From: an uncultured Reyranella sp.
Lineage (GTDB): Bacteria > Pseudomonadota > Alphaproteobacteria > Reyranellales > Reyranellaceae
Direction: 5' to 3'
Length of the DNA: 64,000 nt
NCBI GenBank assembly: GCA_964415585.1
Contig: CAYQAY010000001.1
Location: 70,008 to 134,007 of the forward strand
Below are positions 46,831 to 56,496 of this stretch, piece by piece. Numbering within the stretch: the first letter of the stretch is position 1; each line of letters starts with the position of its first letter. The position numbers were made by a program, and so were the translations under genes. Under the pieces are notes generated by a model. The model saw only the letters and a program-made list of their open reading frames with translations. It searched no databases and had not been told where the DNA came from.

Positions 46831-49559
46831 CAGAACGTCTCCACATGGATGCGGCATAGGCCAGTGAGATCGCAGAAGCGGCAGGGCTCCTCGGCGGCCC
46901 CGAAGCCGAGGTCGTTGGGGCGTTGTTCGGCAGCGCCGTCCACCCCGGTCGCAAGCACGATCCCCTGCCGCGCGAGATCGCGCCAGAGCGCCCAGTCGGA
47001 CGCCACGAGTTGGACGGTCTCCGCGTCGCCTCGACTCGCCTCGAGCGGGTCGTCGGCGAGGATGGAGCCCTCGGGCGCCAGCATGCGCCGCTGGCGGAGC
47101 AGGAAGTACCCCCCGTCGCCCGCCTGCCCGTCCGCGCTGGCGAGGCCGTGGTAGACGGCAAGCTGCACCGCCCGTCCCTCGACGATCTCGTCGCGGTAGC
47201 GACGCTCGGCCCGGGTCCATTTCAGATCGAGGACCGCCGCCTGCCTACCGCGTCGCACCAAGAGATCGAGACGGCCGTGCAGGGCGAGTTCGCCCACCTG
47301 CCCCTCTCGATCAAGCTCGGTGCCGACCACCTCCAGGGCCCGATCCTGCAGCAGCCGGACGAGCGCCTCCAGGGCCGTCGGCACGAGCTCGCGGGCGGCG
47401 GCAAGCTCGCCCGCGAACTCCGGCTGTTGCAGCGGCGCCGCCATCTGGGGCAGCAGTTCCTCAAACAGCGCGGCAGCCGTCTGGCGCACGCCGGCCAGCG
47501 GCGGGGGTGGGCCAGGCGGCAGCAACCTGCGGGCGATCTCGTGAGCGAGATTGCCGAACAACTGGTCCGGGCCCGGGATCTCGGCGAATGTGCCGGGACG
47601 AAGGCCGAGGACATCCTGCGCCAGCCAAGCCATCTGGCAGTTGATGAGGCGGCCGAGCGAGGTGGCGCTTTCGCGTCGGCCCTCGAGACGCGCCATCGCG
47701 CTCTGCGGGAGCCTCCAGGTCGCCATCCCGATGGGTGGGTCGAGCGTCTCGCGCCTCTGTCGTACCAGCGTCCTGCCAGCCAACTGAACGTCAGGCTCCC
47801 GAAGCAGGCGCTCGGCCCGGAAGAACACATCGTCGCCGGCACCGTGGAGGATCGGCCGCAGCTGATGCGCAAGCGGGTGGGCCACGGTCTGGTCTGCCCG
47901 GGAGAGCGCGGGACGAACCAGCAGTACGTGCTCGAAGGTTCGCTGAAGCACCTCGGCGTAACTTCTCGTAATACGGCCCGATGCGGCAGCCGCCGACTCC
48001 AGCCGCACGCCGGCCGCCTTAAGCGTCGCAATCTCAGCTTCGCTCCAGGGCTGCGAAGGGACCTTCTCGCCAGGGCCTACAAAGTTCCACCAGATCACTC
48101 GCGGGGCGGCGTCCCACAGCGCGCCCGGTGCACGGATCGCTCGAAGCCCGCCCGCTTCGGGTCCGTGCAGTGGGTTCTGCACGCCGTCGGCCAGGACCTG
48201 GCCGAGGATGCGCTGCAGGAGCAAGGCTGGCAGCATATCCAATTCGAGACGGTCCACGGCCTCCGAGAGAGCTCCGGCCGCGGCGGCGACGGCGAGCAAC
48301 AACGGATCACTCTGCCCGGCGTCGACCTCCATGGCCCACGCCGCCACCCGGCCAGCAATCTGACGGGCCTCCGCAGCAGGCATGCCCGCAGCGCGGTCAA
48401 ATTGCGCCCCCACCGTCCAGACACGCCAGCGTGCGACCTGGGCATCGGCCTTGGCAGCGGCCTGCGCGCCGGCGTCGGCATTCAGCTCCAGGGCGCGTGT
48501 GCGGATTTCTTCCCAAGCTGCGTTCCAGACCAGCCCCTCGAGGCCCGGCGCGGCCGTAAGGGCCCGAGCCAGACGGGCCGCGGCGAAGCGGGGCATGGGC
48601 GGGCGCGGCAGCATGAGGAGATTGAGCAGAGCCTCCGGATCCAGGGGGCGCCAGGCGACGGCGAAAACCAGGGGCAATACCTGTAACGCCCCGCGCCAGG
48701 GTGACGGGCTGGAGAGGCCGAGGGCGGGCAGTCCGCGGGCGCCCAGCGCCCGATCAAGCAGGGCCGTGTCTCCGTCTGGCGCCAGCACTACCGTGCCCTC
48801 GAGCAGTTCCGCAGGTGCAGCGGCCAGCCAATCCGCAACTGTTTCGGCCGCCATCAAGGCCGTATCGGACTCGACCATAACGAAGCTGCCGTCGCCGACG
48901 AGCCGCTCAGGCAAAGCCCCAGCCAACGCGGCCTGCACGCGCCGAAGGTCCGATCCTTCGTTGGCTGTGGCGCGGCCTTGATGCTCCTCGACAGCCACGC
49001 CCGCCGTCGCCAAGACGTCCACAAGCGCCGCCCACAAGGGGGGCAGACCACCCCGAGGCTCTAGGAGCAATAACCGGACGACGCGCAGCCCTGGGCGCTC
49101 GGCCACAGCCCGTAACAGGGCCACGGCGCGGTCGACGAGTCCCGGGGACATGGCGGTGCCAGCGCCCTCCGCCGCAGCGAGATCGTCGATCCGCAAGGCG
49201 CCGATCGGACCGCGCGCCCAGCCGCCCGCCACGAGCGAATCGCGCCAGGCGAGGAGGGTCGCGGCAGTGGACCAGGGATCCTTGGCGAAGGACTCCGTCC
49301 AGAAGCGATGTCCATTGCTGGCCGCGCGAAGCTTGGCCGCATAGGCTGCGATGCGCACTGCGTGAGGCGCAGTCGGCCCGGAAAGACCCAGCTGCGACTC
49401 GAGCGCCTCGACCAGCCGCGCCGGTCCCACGATGGCCGCATCGACAGCGCCGGAAGGCACAGGGGCGTCCGGATAAGTCCGCCCGTCAGCCGCGATTCCC
49501 AAGTAGAGCTCCACCGACAGCCCCTCCCCCTTATTTTGAGCGAATCTACCGCCGAGCAT
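46830..49559 (-). CDS. AddB-like PD-(D/E)XK nuclease with C-terminal Fe-S-type Cys cluster, no obvious Walker A
   Basis: About 909 aa. C-terminal LDLLVRRGRQAAVLDLKW (nuclease D..D.K) and CRFCDLTGLC (C-x2-C-x5-C). The start at 49559 (MLGGRF) is tentative. It does not resemble the canonical alphaproteobacterial AddB N-terminus. Confidence 0.7.
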   Translation of the reverse strand: MLGGRFAQNKGEGLSVELYLGIAADGRTYPDAPVPSGAVDAAIVGPARLVEALESQLGLSGPTAPHAVRIAAYAAKLRAASNGHRFWTESFAKDPWSTAATLLAWRDSLVAGGWARGPIGALRIDDLAAAEGAGTAMSPGLVDRAVALLRAVAERPGLRVVRLLLLEPRGGLPPLWAALVDVLATAGVAVEEHQGRATANEGSDLRRVQAALAGALPERLVGDGSFVMVESDTALMAAETVADWLAAAPAELLEGTVVLAPDGDTALLDRALGARGLPALGLSSPSPWRGALQVLPLVFAVAWRPLDPEALLNLLMLPRPPMPRFAAARLARALTAAPGLEGLVWNAAWEEIRTRALELNADAGAQAAAKADAQVARWRVWTVGAQFDRAAGMPAAEARQIAGRVAAWAMEVDAGQSDPLLLAVAAAAGALSEAVDRLELDMLPALLLQRILGQVLADGVQNPLHGPEAGGLRAIRAPGALWDAAPRVIWWNFVGPGEKVPSQPWSEAEIATLKAAGVRLESAAAASGRITRSYAEVLQRTFEHVLLVRPALSRADQTVAHPLAHQLRPILHGAGDDVFFRAERLLREPDVQLAGRTLVRQRRETLDPPIGMATWRLPQSAMARLEGRRESATSLGRLINCQMAWLAQDVLGLRPGTFAEIPGPDQLFGNLAHEIARRLLPPGPPPPLAGVRQTAAALFEELLPQMAAPLQQPEFAGELAAARELVPTALEALVRLLQDRALEVVGTELDREGQVGELALHGRLDLLVRRGRQAAVLDLKWTRAERRYRDEIVEGRAVQLAVYHGLASADGQAGDGGYFLLRQRRMLAPEGSILADDPLEASRGDAETVQLVASDWALWRDLARQGIVLATGVDGAAEQRPNDLGFGAAEEPCRFCDLTGLCRIHVETF

Positions 49560-50955
49560 CGCTCGCCGATATGCAATCCACGGACGTATCCCATGAAAGA
49601 TCAGTAAAACCAGGGTTGAAGCGGCGCAAGCGTTGTCCCTCAACCCCTTGTCGGGCGGACAAGTCGCGCAGCGTGAGGTCCATGACTTCGAGGCCGACTC
49701 CGCCATTCAGCCGGCGCACGATCTCCATCAGCGCGAGCGTTGCGGCGATCACCCCGACAAACGGTACGCCGACAGTTCGGGAGGCGATCTCTAGCAAGCC
49801 GCAGTCATCGAGCCCGCGTGTAGAGAGGTCCTTGTAGGCCGCCGAACCTGCGGCGGATTGGCGGTCGACGGCGCGTATGGTCTCCTCCCCACGCCAGCGT
49901 TTGCGAGCCGAGACGCTGCCAGGAAAGGTGTGCAGGCGCATGGCCAAGTATTCCTGAGGACCTGCGCCTAAGCCGGCATCCACCACCAAACCGAAACGCG
50001 AATCCTCCAGTGCTACCCGGGCAAGGGTGTTGTCCACCCCGCAAAACAGGATGCGTGGGTCGTCCTCGTCCAGGAAGAGGTCACCCGAGAACCGCCGCTC
50101 GACGAGCCGGGTCTTGAAGCCTCGCGCCTCAGCCCAGGCCGCCATCTCGCGGGTCTTCAGTCGCCCCGCGCGTTCGAGCCGCGTCAGGATCGACGTGCTA
50201 TCGTTGGCCGCCGTCAAGCGGTCGAAGTCCTGAAGAGTGAGCTCGACATCAGCGGGCCGGGCGAAGGGCAGCAGTCCAAGTACCCACAGGAAGGCTTGCC
50301 CGAGATGTCCTAGTCCCAACACCCACAGCTTCGACGGTGCGACCCACTCAGCGGGCCCCGAGGCGGAGCGCCAGGGCGCGCTTGGATCCCACAGCGAGAG
50401 GCCAACTTCCCGTTCGCCGGCCATCTGGTTACCGCGAAGCCGCTGAAACACCTCGGCGACCGCCAAGGCTCCTGCCAGCACAGCCGCGGGGATATCGTGA
50501 CCTCTTTCCGGAAGGCGGGCCGCCTCGCCCGCCGGAAAGACGCCGCCGCGCCAATCGCCGAAGGTGACTTGAAGGGCATCGGCAGGCGCACCCGTACCGA
50601 GCCAAACTAGCGGGCCGGAGTGCGTACGGCCTTGGCGCGGGTTAGCACCCAGCGTCGCGACAGCTTCTGCCAGCGTCATGCCGAGCCCCGGGAGTTGGAC
50701 CAGGAGCGGCTCTTGCAGGTCGCCCACAACCTCGACGCCACCCAGCAGGGCCCGCCGCCCCGTGTTGACCATGGTGAGCAATGCTGACTGGATGGCCGGC
50801 GAGCGCTTAGCGCCCGGGCCGAGACCGATGGTCATGCGATAGCCCCTAAAGAGCGCGAAGGCTTCCTCGATGCTGACCGCCTCACCGCTGTCGAGGGCCA
50901 TTTTCACGCCGCGATGAAGAGTGTCGGCGCGAATGTCGTTCAGCCTGTTGTTCAT
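49546..50955 (-). CDS. bilD: ThiF/E1-like ubiquitin-activating enzyme homologue (BilD-type)
   Basis: Rossmann motif LWVLGLGHLGQAFL in a protein of about 470 aa. Last gene of a Ubl-E2-JAB-E1 array. The ATG at 50955 overlaps the JAB stop (TGATG). Confidence 0.75.
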   Translation of the reverse strand: MNNRLNDIRADTLHRGVKMALDSGEAVSIEEAFALFRGYRMTIGLGPGAKRSPAIQSALLTMVNTGRRALLGGVEVVGDLQEPLLVQLPGLGMTLAEAVATLGANPRQGRTHSGPLVWLGTGAPADALQVTFGDWRGGVFPAGEAARLPERGHDIPAAVLAGALAVAEVFQRLRGNQMAGEREVGLSLWDPSAPWRSASGPAEWVAPSKLWVLGLGHLGQAFLWVLGLLPFARPADVELTLQDFDRLTAANDSTSILTRLERAGRLKTREMAAWAEARGFKTRLVERRFSGDLFLDEDDPRILFCGVDNTLARVALEDSRFGLVVDAGLGAGPQEYLAMRLHTFPGSVSARKRWRGEETIRAVDRQSAAGSAAYKDLSTRGLDDCGLLEIASRTVGVPFVGVIAATLALMEIVRRLNGGVGLEVMDLTLRDLSARQGVEGQRLRRFNPGFTDLSWDTSVDCISASDARR

Positions 50956-51434
50956 CAGACGAGGGTCCCTGTCTTGAGGGTCCGCCGGGCGCGCCAACCA
51001 CTGAGGTCAGTCCAGCGGTGCGAGCCTTCGTAACGATAAAGTCCGAGGCGGTGACGCCAAACCGGCTTATGGGCAGAGCGCTCGACAATGATGGCGATGT
51101 GGCCTGGACGGGCCACCATGGGGTTGCAACGGTCGGCCTCGCTCTGGCGAGCGTCGCCGAGGTGCGTGTGCACGTCGGCGAGTACCTGCAGGCCTCGGCT
51201 CCGGCAGATGCTCCAGAGCTGCTCGAAGGCGTCTGCGTAAAGCACGCAGACACCCGTGCTGTAGGCCTTGGGGTCGAGGTCGTCGTAGAAAACGCAGACC
51301 GTGAAGATGCGCCGCTCACCTTCCCGCTTGCCCAGCAGAAAGGCGCCGCTCTCATGGCGGCCGGCGCCACGGCGATGGAGTTCAGCCATGAGGCCGAGCC
51401 AATCGCGGCGGCAAATCGAGAGCTTGTCAGCCAC
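50955..51434 (-). CDS. bilC: JAB/JAMM metallopeptidase (deconjugating enzyme, BilC-type)
   Basis: Upstream Glu ([10 protein letters not shown]) and [13 protein letters not shown] (H-x-H...S-x-x-D). 159 aa. Confidence 0.8.
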   Translation of the reverse strand: MADKLSICRRDWLGLMAELHRRGAGRHESGAFLLGKREGERRIFTVCVFYDDLDPKAYSTGVCVLYADAFEQLWSICRSRGLQVLADVHTHLGDARQSEADRCNPMVARPGHIAIIVERSAHKPVWRHRLGLYRYEGSHRWTDLSGWRARRTLKTGTLV

Positions 51435-51918
51435 CGCGCACCCCCGTGTAGTCGGAGCCGTTCAACAGCTCATGCACTGCCTCGAGATAGAGCTGGAGAC
51501 CCTTCTCGGGTCGCCAGATCTGAGACGGATGCTCAACTCGCCAGTTATCGTGGCCGGGGATGCTCTGCCGATCGCAAGGCAGGTAGAGACATCCCCCCTC
51601 GCGCCAATCCGGGCGGAAGACCGCCGGGACCCGCCGGCGCCCCGTGGGCCAGCGGCTCACCGGAAGAGGGGTGTTGGCGTCGGTGTCCCACAGACGCGCC
51701 GTGGGCGGACTCTGGGGATAGCCGGTGCAGTCGAAGCGAAAGCCATAGGTGTCGGGCGCGCCCGATCGCGGGGCGGCGGCAACCTCAACGTCGACGAGCG
51801 GCCAAGCGAAGCGGACGACCCTCAAGCGGCCGAGATGGATGGCCAGTTGGAAGGCCCCTCCGTCCATCTCGTCTTTGAAGGCCTGCTCGTCCGGGCGGCG
51901 GATGAGAGGCGCGCTCAT
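51427..51918 (-). CDS. bilB: E2-like ubiquitin-conjugating enzyme homologue (BilB-type)
   Basis: 163 aa with a candidate catalytic Cys in [10 protein letters not shown]. Positioned between the Ubl and JAB genes. Confidence 0.65.
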   Translation of the reverse strand: MSAPLIRRPDEQAFKDEMDGGAFQLAIHLGRLRVVRFAWPLVDVEVAAAPRSGAPDTYGFRFDCTGYPQSPPTARLWDTDANTPLPVSRWPTGRRRVPAVFRPDWREGGCLYLPCDRQSIPGHDNWRVEHPSQIWRPEKGLQLYLEAVHELLNGSDYTGVRGG

Positions 51919-51922
51919 GCCC

Positions 51923-52411
51923 TCAGCCCTCGACGCGCTTGATCGGCACGAGGGTGAAGCCGATGTCGCACTTGGCCCGAACCAAGGCGCCGATCTGGAC
52001 GTCGGGGTCAGGGCGGTCGGTCGTGCCGGTGATCTGCAGTACGTGCTCGGTAGCGTCGACGTCGGACATCTTCAGCTTGTCGACGTACCAGCGCTTGACC
52101 TGGTTCACTGTGGTCGAGGGGGCAAAGTTGTGGTGCATCTCCAGCTCGTCCGCGTAGTTCAGCGTGACGCGGATCTTCCTGCAGCGGTGGACATGCACCC
52201 GGGCCTTGTCTTGGACGCCCTGCGTGCGCAGCGGCTTGTCGGGCTGCAACGCGCTCTCGTCCTCACCAGCAAAGACGAGCGCCTCACCGGTCTCGGCGCC
52301 CAGGGCGGCCGCCGCAGCGATCACGGCGCCGGGCGTCGCGTTGTCGGGGACTTGGATCAGTTCGATCGGGCGGTGCCCCTCGAACTGTAGAAACAGCTTC
52401 ATCTGCGACAT
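51923..52411 (-). CDS. bilA: Tandem beta-grasp ubiquitin-like protein ending in Gly (BilA/ISG15-like)
   Basis: 162 aa, the length of two Ubl units (about 1-77 and 78-162). The C-terminus ...LVPIKRVEG stops directly after Gly. Basic and hydrophobic residues alternate as in beta-grasp strands. Confidence 0.65.
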   Translation of the reverse strand: MSQMKLFLQFEGHRPIELIQVPDNATPGAVIAAAAALGAETGEALVFAGEDESALQPDKPLRTQGVQDKARVHVHRCRKIRVTLNYADELEMHHNFAPSTTVNQVKRWYVDKLKMSDVDATEHVLQITGTTDRPDPDVQIGALVRAKCDIGFTLVPIKRVEG

Positions 52412-52507
52412 AGGAAGAACACCTCTTGCTCAAAGGGCGGAACTCACCGCCGCAAGAGGTTCAAGACAGTCGCAGACCGAACCGGAAATCACGGGCCGCA
52501 GAACCGA

Positions 52508-55500
52508 TCATGATGTGAGGCCGTCAGCAGGGCAGATGAAGAAGAAGGGACAGGTGGGACAGGTGCGCGCATTGCGCTTCGGATCAAACCGACCGGCGGA
52601 GATGCCAGCGAGCGCGGTTGAGGCTTCGTCCTTGGCCTTGGCCAGCTTGTCCGCGGCCAAAGTCCCGTCGCGTTCGCGTCCGTCCACGAGAGAGATATGA
52701 GTGAAGGTTGCCGCTTTCCCCTCGTCCTGCGCCACCATGGCTTGCAGAAGAGCGTAGCGCGCCTTTGGAGTCTCGCCGGTGCGGGCGAGCCGCCCAGCCT
52801 TGAGCCGTTGGATGACGATGCCGGCGCCGCCGGCCTGGATGTGGTCGGCGCGCGCTGTCACTGTGACGCCTTCGATCACGATCTGCCGCTCCGTCGACAG
52901 CGGGCGGCCGGACATCGCCGCCCCAGCCTTGGCCAGCATGCGCTCCGCGGCCCCTCGGTAGTGCACCGCCGCCGGATGATCGGCAGGTCCCCTGGCGAGC
53001 CAAGTTTCAGAGAGGTGGGCGGCGAACCCTCCTCTCCCCTGCCCGGCCGGACTCCGTAGCCAAGCGACACCCGTGCGGATCACATCGTGAAACCGAAGGT
53101 AAGGAGTATCGGCGAGCCTTCGCGACAGGCCCAGCGCCTCACCATAATAGTAGCGGCGGGGACAAGTCAGATAGTCCTCGATAGCTGTCACGCCGAGCAT
53201 CTCACCGAGCGGCTGCGCTGCCGATTGAGTGCCAAAGGCTCGCGGGGCTGGCCCGGGATCGATCCATTGGGGCTCGGGCCCGCCGCCGGGCGCCAGGATC
53301 GGCACGATCGGCTTCAGTAGGTCGGAAGCGCGTGGCCGGGACGAGCCGCCGTAGCGCTTGGCGCGGGAGACGGTAAGCTTGTCGCGCGCCCGGGAAAGGC
53401 CGACAAACATCAGGCTCTGCTCTTCTGCGTCGGCGCTCATCAGCGGATCCGGGTCCACAAGGCCGGGCGGGAGCGGACAAAGGTCGGCCCGGGCGTTGGG
53501 CGGGAAATAGGATGGACTGACCGACGGAATATAGACTGTGGGGTACTCGAGCCCCTTCGCCGCGTGCACGGTCATGAGCCGGACGGCGTCTACGCCCGCG
53601 GCCCCTGCCGGTAGGCGCCGCAGTTCCTTCTCCTCGTCCAGCACTTCGAGACGCCGGACATGCTCCAAAAACGCACGCTTCGGATCGCGGCCGCTCGGCG
53701 GCCGGTGCCCGAACGCCAACGTCAACAGCTGATAGGCGGCGAGACGCCGCTGCTGGGCGCCCACGTCCGTGCCGGCAAAAGGCGGGGCATAGACCGCCCC
53801 GGCTCGGCCGAAGAGATAGGCCGTCAGGACCGCGTGCGGCGGCGTCATGAAGCTCACGTCGGCAAGGTCATCTGCCAGCCGACCAAGGCCCGTCCTTCCC
53901 TCGTCGGAGAGTTTGATCTCATTTACCCGCCGCAGCGCCGCCAGGAGGGACGTGGCGGTCTCATGCCGGAAGCGGAACACCTCAAGGACATCGCTAACCG
54001 GCACGGCGTACCGAGGCAGTTGAGCGACTCTGAGCAACCCCACGCCGTCGCGCTCGCCAGTGATCGACAGCAGGGAAAGTAGGTCACGCACTTCCGAGCG
54101 CTCGAAGAAGTCGCCGAAGTAAAGGGCCGGCAGGCCAACGCGCTCGAAGTGGGAGGCTATGGTGCTTAGAACGCCATGAGTGCGGGCAAGCACCGCGTGC
54201 GCGCGGAAGTCACCTGACGCTCGGATGTGGGCGAGGATGTCGCGAGCGATCCCCTCGGCCTCCGCCTCCCGGGTGTCGGCTATACGATAAAAAACCTCAC
54301 CCGTGTCTCGGCCGCGATTCGGTTCGAGCTCCTCGGCCGAAGCATACGGCGCTGCAGTCATGGCGCGTCCGTAGGTGTCGAACAGCTTCACGATGCGTCC
54401 ACCTGAACGGTAATTGACCTTGAGATCCACCCGTGCAGCGCCAGGGAAGACCTTTTCAAACCGGCTCATGTTCAAAGGCGAGGCGCCGCGGAAGCGGTAA
54501 ATCGACTGACGTACGTCGCCCACGACCCATGGTCCGGCGTTCGGATCTGCCACGAGCTTCAGAAGGGCTGCGCTCGCCGTATTCATGTCCTGGTACTCAT
54601 CGACGAGGACGTGGCGAAAGGTGGAGCGCACCTCGGCACCCACCTTGGGGTGGTCACTCAGCAGATCGACGCTGCGCATGATGAGATCGCCGAAATCGAC
54701 CCAGCCCCTTCGGCGCAGCGCCGCGTCATAGACCTTGTAGACGTCGGCCGCCTCCAGCGCCCGGTCGCGCGCCTCGCCAGCGGGCATGGCGCAGGCCAAC
54801 TCCCAATAGCGATCGGGGCTGCATAGCTCGTCCTTGGCCCGTGAGATGGAGTCGAGCACCGATTTGAGCCCACGCAGCGGCTCCTGAAGATCGAAGTAAT
54901 GGTCGAGCTTCAGTCGGTCGTACTCGGCCTCCAGAAGAAAAAGGCCGTCCACGCGGTCCACAAGCTTGGGGGCGGCGGGAAGGCCAAGCCGCTCGCCATA
55001 GAGCCTGAGGAGTTCCTGTCCGAATGCGTGGAAAGTGCCGCACCATACCGCGGTGGCGTCGGTACCGAGCTCTACACGCAGTCGGCGCGCCAGGTCATCG
55101 GCCGAGCCATTGGAATAGGTGAGCACTAGGATCGAGGACGGTTCGGCGTCCTTCTCGCGAATGAGCCAGGCTGCGCGGCCGACGAGCGTTCGCGTCTTGC
55201 CCGTGCCGGGTCCCGCGCGCACTTGCAGCGAGCCCGGGGCTGCCTCGATGGCGCCGCGTTGGCTATCGTCAGGGGAGTGCGTCTCCTCAGCTGCCTCGGG
55301 CGCCGGGTCGTCGGGGAGAAGAAGGGCGTCAGCAAGCTGTTGTTGGACGAGGCTTAGCGGCAGCCCCAGGCACGTCGCCAGATCTTCCGCCGAGGGCCGC
55401 TCGGGTAAAGCCGTAGCGCGCAGCCTGTCGCGCGGCAGAAGCAGCTCCCGTCCGAAGACGTTCGCCTGTGCCTCGCGGCGTTGCTTCGGACTATAGGCAT

Positions 55501-55855
55501 CACTTTCGCCGATGGCGGAACTCTCGGGCTCGGCTGCCGCAAAGGGATCGAAATCGCTGGGCTGACAGTCATTTTTCGAATGGTGCAGCCGATGATGACC
55601 AAACTCGTGCGCGACATGGAATGCCTGATCTTCGGGACTGAGGGCTTCCGAGACGAGGATGCGACCGCCGTCCGGATCGTAGGAAGCCTCCGCATTATCC
55701 AGGAGTACGTCGCCGGCCGGCCGAAGTAGGATTCGTACGCCGCTGGCGCGGCTGGCGGCCTCCAAGATGTCGGTAGCGCGCATGAGGCCAGGCCCGGGAT
55801 TGAGCTCGGAGTGCCAAGCCCTCGCCTGGGCGCGAAGCTCGGACCAAGCGCTCAT
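52508..55855 (-). CDS. Triple fusion: ImmA/IrrE (M78) metallopeptidase + UvrD-family helicase + Cas4/AddB-like PD-(D/E)XK nuclease
   Basis: N-terminal HEFGHHRLHH (HExxH). Walker A AGPGTGKTRTL. C-terminal YLTCPRRYYY plus CPTCPFFFIC (C...C-x2-C-x5-C iron-staple pattern). 1115 aa. Confidence 0.8.
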   Translation of the reverse strand: MSAWSELRAQARAWHSELNPGPGLMRATDILEAASRASGVRILLRPAGDVLLDNAEASYDPDGGRILVSEALSPEDQAFHVAHEFGHHRLHHSKNDCQPSDFDPFAAAEPESSAIGESDAYSPKQRREAQANVFGRELLLPRDRLRATALPERPSAEDLATCLGLPLSLVQQQLADALLLPDDPAPEAAEETHSPDDSQRGAIEAAPGSLQVRAGPGTGKTRTLVGRAAWLIREKDAEPSSILVLTYSNGSADDLARRLRVELGTDATAVWCGTFHAFGQELLRLYGERLGLPAAPKLVDRVDGLFLLEAEYDRLKLDHYFDLQEPLRGLKSVLDSISRAKDELCSPDRYWELACAMPAGEARDRALEAADVYKVYDAALRRRGWVDFGDLIMRSVDLLSDHPKVGAEVRSTFRHVLVDEYQDMNTASAALLKLVADPNAGPWVVGDVRQSIYRFRGASPLNMSRFEKVFPGAARVDLKVNYRSGGRIVKLFDTYGRAMTAAPYASAEELEPNRGRDTGEVFYRIADTREAEAEGIARDILAHIRASGDFRAHAVLARTHGVLSTIASHFERVGLPALYFGDFFERSEVRDLLSLLSITGERDGVGLLRVAQLPRYAVPVSDVLEVFRFRHETATSLLAALRRVNEIKLSDEGRTGLGRLADDLADVSFMTPPHAVLTAYLFGRAGAVYAPPFAGTDVGAQQRRLAAYQLLTLAFGHRPPSGRDPKRAFLEHVRRLEVLDEEKELRRLPAGAAGVDAVRLMTVHAAKGLEYPTVYIPSVSPSYFPPNARADLCPLPPGLVDPDPLMSADAEEQSLMFVGLSRARDKLTVSRAKRYGGSSRPRASDLLKPIVPILAPGGGPEPQWIDPGPAPRAFGTQSAAQPLGEMLGVTAIEDYLTCPRRYYYGEALGLSRRLADTPYLRFHDVIRTGVAWLRSPAGQGRGGFAAHLSETWLARGPADHPAAVHYRGAAERMLAKAGAAMSGRPLSTERQIVIEGVTVTARADHIQAGGAGIVIQRLKAGRLARTGETPKARYALLQAMVAQDEGKAATFTHISLVDGRERDGTLAADKLAKAKDEASTALAGISAGRFDPKRNARTCPTCPFFFICPADGLTS

Positions 55856-56496
55856 GCTGTCGGCTCGCCCTCATCGGCGAGAAGCGACAACCAGTAGGCT
55901 TTGAGGTCTTCCGACAATGAGGATGCGCGGATCGCCTCCTCAAAGCTCTCGGCGTCGACCTGGATCTGACCCCGAGCCTTGCGAAGATTGCCGCGCGAGG
56001 AGGCGATTGGCGGACCAGTCGCAGCCGCGATCACATGGGCTGGCGGCACCTCCAGCTCGGCGCCAAGTCTTTCGAACAACTTCATGGGCCGTGGACGGCG
56101 GATCCGGCGCAGGTCGAGTTTCATCACGAGGCCTTCGTCGAGGTCCACGCGCGCGGCTAGTGACGCCTCGTCCAAGCCGCGTTGACGCGCGAGTCCGGAC
56201 AGGCGAGCAGGCGGCGAGGCCTGATGCTCGACCTGCTGTTGCGACCGGCGATGGCGCAGCCCCATTACGCGGCTGACGCCGATGTTGGCAAAACGTTCCA
56301 TAGCGCAGCCGTCGGACACCGTCTCCGGCCCAAGCTGCAATTGCACGCCTAGCGTGGCGAAGAAGTCCACCAAGGCGTCGCGGTGCTGCGGATAGGCAGC
56401 AATCGCGGCCACCAGATTCTCGTGGGTCGGTGCGACACCCTCGACAAGTAGGTCGAGGATCACGTCGTCTGCCGTGGGTCGTTCAATGTGGGTCAT
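55852..56496 (-). CDS. XRE-like HTH protein (ImmR-position partner of the ImmA-domain fusion)
   Basis: 214 aa counted from MTHIERP. The central segment ARLSGLARQRGLDEASLAARVDLDEGLVMKLDLRR fits an XRE HTH. 4-nt overlaps with both neighbours. Confidence 0.55.
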   Translation of the reverse strand: MTHIERPTADDVILDLLVEGVAPTHENLVAAIAAYPQHRDALVDFFATLGVQLQLGPETVSDGCAMERFANIGVSRVMGLRHRRSQQQVEHQASPPARLSGLARQRGLDEASLAARVDLDEGLVMKLDLRRIRRPRPMKLFERLGAELEVPPAHVIAAATGPPIASSRGNLRKARGQIQVDAESFEEAIRASSLSEDLKAYWLSLLADEGEPTA

